A DNA stretch of 64,000 nucleotides from Marsupella aquatica. Taxonomy: Eukaryota > Plantae > Marchantiophyta. The notes beneath the pieces were generated by a model, which was not told where the DNA came from, did no database searches, and worked only from the letters and a program-made list of their open reading frames with translations. Below, one piece after another: positions 61,801-64,000 of this stretch. Each line of letters starts with the position of its first letter. Positions within the stretch are counted from its first letter, which is position 1. The stretch is taken from NCBI GenBank assembly GCA_973895155.1, contig OZ316897.1, forward strand, positions 832,515 through 896,514, in the 5' to 3' direction. The position numbers and the translations under genes are program-made.

Positions 61801-64000
61801 TGCCCATCCTTATGGCCACAAAAACCAATCAGAGTGTCATATTTGGCCTCCCACCTGCAGAGAGCCAATTTCAAATGAAAACCAAGTCAATTTCAAAGAA
61901 TTGGTAAAACTATGCATCACAAATAATCTTCACCTTCAATTGCATCATTATGTGCTATAATATGCAAACATACCTTGGGCTTTCCTTGATCCTAGTTTCA
62001 TCCTCTGCAAGCATGACAGGTACATGTCCTTCAATTCCCAACATCTCCTTTGCAGTAGACAGAATTCGAGCCACCTCCTTGAATGTTTCTGGCCTAATTC
62101 CAACACGAAATTGAACAAATTTTGCTCTATCTCGTTTTAGTGTCTTCAGGCTTGGCCCAGCTAAGTTCCTTGCAAAAACATGGGCCACCTGCCGGCCCTC
62201 ATATTGAAACATAGCCTGAGCTATGGCTTTTGTTTTCTGACTATAACGAAACCCCCTTGCACTTCTCTCCAAATTTCTACCTACATCTTTCAGAAAATCC
62301 CACAGACCTTCTTTTCCACCAAATGCACCATTCCTATGACCATTGACTATACTCCTTAGGAAAAGTCTCAAATCTTTTCTGTCTGCAGCTACTCCTAACA
62401 GTTCTTGCAATTTTCTCTTCCTAGTACTAAGGGCACACACTTTCTGAGTTTGTAATGCCAACAACCATCTCTCTTTTCTTCTCTTGACATTGAGACCATG
62501 CATCTGTGTGGTCAACTCTGGACGTGTCAAGTAGCATGCATTCAAACCACCCTCTGTGCTTCTTTCCCCTCTCTTTGCTAAAGCCTTCGCTTCCTTGTGC
62601 ACCCGCCCACGAAAGTCATCTTCTAGTGTTATAGCATGACATCTACTGCAAGTTAAGTTCAGAAACCCCCCACCATACAAGGACAGCCTACAACATTGTT
62701 TATGCCTAAATAGTCCTTCTATATGTACAATAGAATTTGTATTAGGATTGTAGACATCAACAGAGACTGTGGCATTTACATCCCATACATGTCCTCCATG
62801 CTGATCCTGTAAGATACCCTTCACAACATACTTCACATTCTTCCACTGTACATATTCATCCCATATTCCCCAACAGAGCAAACTTAGGCCCATATCAATG
62901 TCTACAGACCCACCTGTGCCAGAGCTGCTGCTTGCATTGGAAGCATCCTCCTTGAAGAATTTTAAAATTGAATTCTGTGAAGGATGTTGATCCCTCTCAT
63001 CTGGCTTCCTTGGTCTGCCCCTCTTTCCAGATCTCAATGCAAGTTCAGCAGTATTCTCTCTGGCTTCAACTACATCCAGGTGACCCCGACTGACCAAGTG
63101 TGTCCTCAGGTTGTGATCCAAAGTCCCCTTCTTACAAACCAGATCCATGATTGCCCCACAAACCTTACACCTGACCTTATACAGGAACCACTTGTTTGCA
63201 TTATTGGCTAAACCAGGCACAGGGGGCACATGAAATAGCTCATCATCACCTCCACACTCAGCATTCAAATTCTGTACTATCTCTAGGCCAGTTGCTATGG
63301 CCCCCTCATAATCAAACTCAGGCTTTTGTGCAAGATCTGAGGGCTTCACTCCAATCATAGCAATTCCCCTTCTCCTACAGTAATTGTCTTTGTGTTTAGC
63401 AAAGGCAAGGTGCTTGGTCTTAAAATTGCTAAACAGATTAGCAATTGACTTCTTATCTTGGGAATTGTCTGCCCTCCCATAGATAACTCTGCACTCAAGA
63501 CACTCTAAATGGCCTCTCACATCCTGTCCTTCATCCCACGTACGAATTCTCCAATTATGATTTTCATAACCATTCTTTTGAACCCACTTCTCTAGTCTTA
63601 TAAATTCATCATTCCAAACTTTGACAGCTGCCTTAGACATAAGAATAGACTCAAAAGAAGCTCTCACAGGGGGAGCTTCTTGCAGTTGTTCACCTTGGGA
63701 AGAGTCCATTGCAACTGATTGGGTGACAGCAACAGAAACCGATGGGAACTCTGTCCCAACAGTCGGCAAGGATCCAATTTGTTCAATGACAACAACTTTC
63801 CCATCCAATTCAGACAGCTCAGTCATTTTCTCACTCTTGACCTTCATTCGACCAGGAAGCCTATAATCCCAGAAATCAAAATCAAAATCAACCAAATCAG
63901 GAATTCGATTTCGAAAATCAGCTAAAGTTTGACCTTCTTTGAACGCCAACACAGCTATTGGTTCTTCATCTTTCCCATAAGTCACCACATCCCTTTTTTT
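58866..64000 (-). mobile_element. P-element-like DNA transposon (3' terminus and transposase), continuing beyond the window
   Basis: Terminus ctcgggggcctcagtatat is homologous to the MITE end at 262. It interrupts the neighbouring transposase. Confidence 0.8.
59451..63988 (-). pseudogene. P-superfamily-like transposase (~1470 aa), 2 exons, single nonsense codon
   Basis: Intron 61855-61973 joins ..EDETRIKESPR|WEAKYDTLIGFCG. In-frame TAA at 61614-61616. Motifs EDET (D), SDGD (D), DQPHNGKKL.N (D..H) and GSDCCEIFFS (E). N-terminal C2H2-like fingers and an RGRP AT-hook. Confidence 0.78.

Overview
Eukaryotic, almost certainly land-plant DNA: GT-AG introns, a plant-type SKP1 intron position, TTTAGGG-like motifs and Ty1/copia with a tRNA-iMet PBS. 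The TE repertoire suggests a non-flowering plant such as a bryophyte, lycophyte or fern, but that is inference. The window is a dense, nested transposon region with no clearly intact host gene. In order it holds: a decayed Sola-type transposase hit by a 297-bp MITE; a CRE-like non-LTR retroelement with 5' tandem repeats; several satellites; a CACTA transposase pseudogene hit by a foldback element; a SKP1 pseudogene; copia fragments; an intronless microbial-looking gene remnant; and a multi-layer nest at 40.4-64 kb. The most notable item is a cargo-carrying DNA transposon (~50771-58865). It encodes a spliced ParB-like plus beta-class amino-(N6A/N4C)-DNA-methyltransferase fusion and an F-box-like ORF, and its non-coding DNA and introns carry ~16 copies of a 16-bp palindrome, (C/G)CGATAAATTTATCG(G/C), which I saw nowhere else in the window. 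This is a candidate self-targeting epigenetic (parS-like or anti-silencing) system. That element is interrupted by a P-element-like transposon whose terminus matches the two MITEs with 8-bp TSDs. Family assignments come from motif recognition by eye; no database searches were run.
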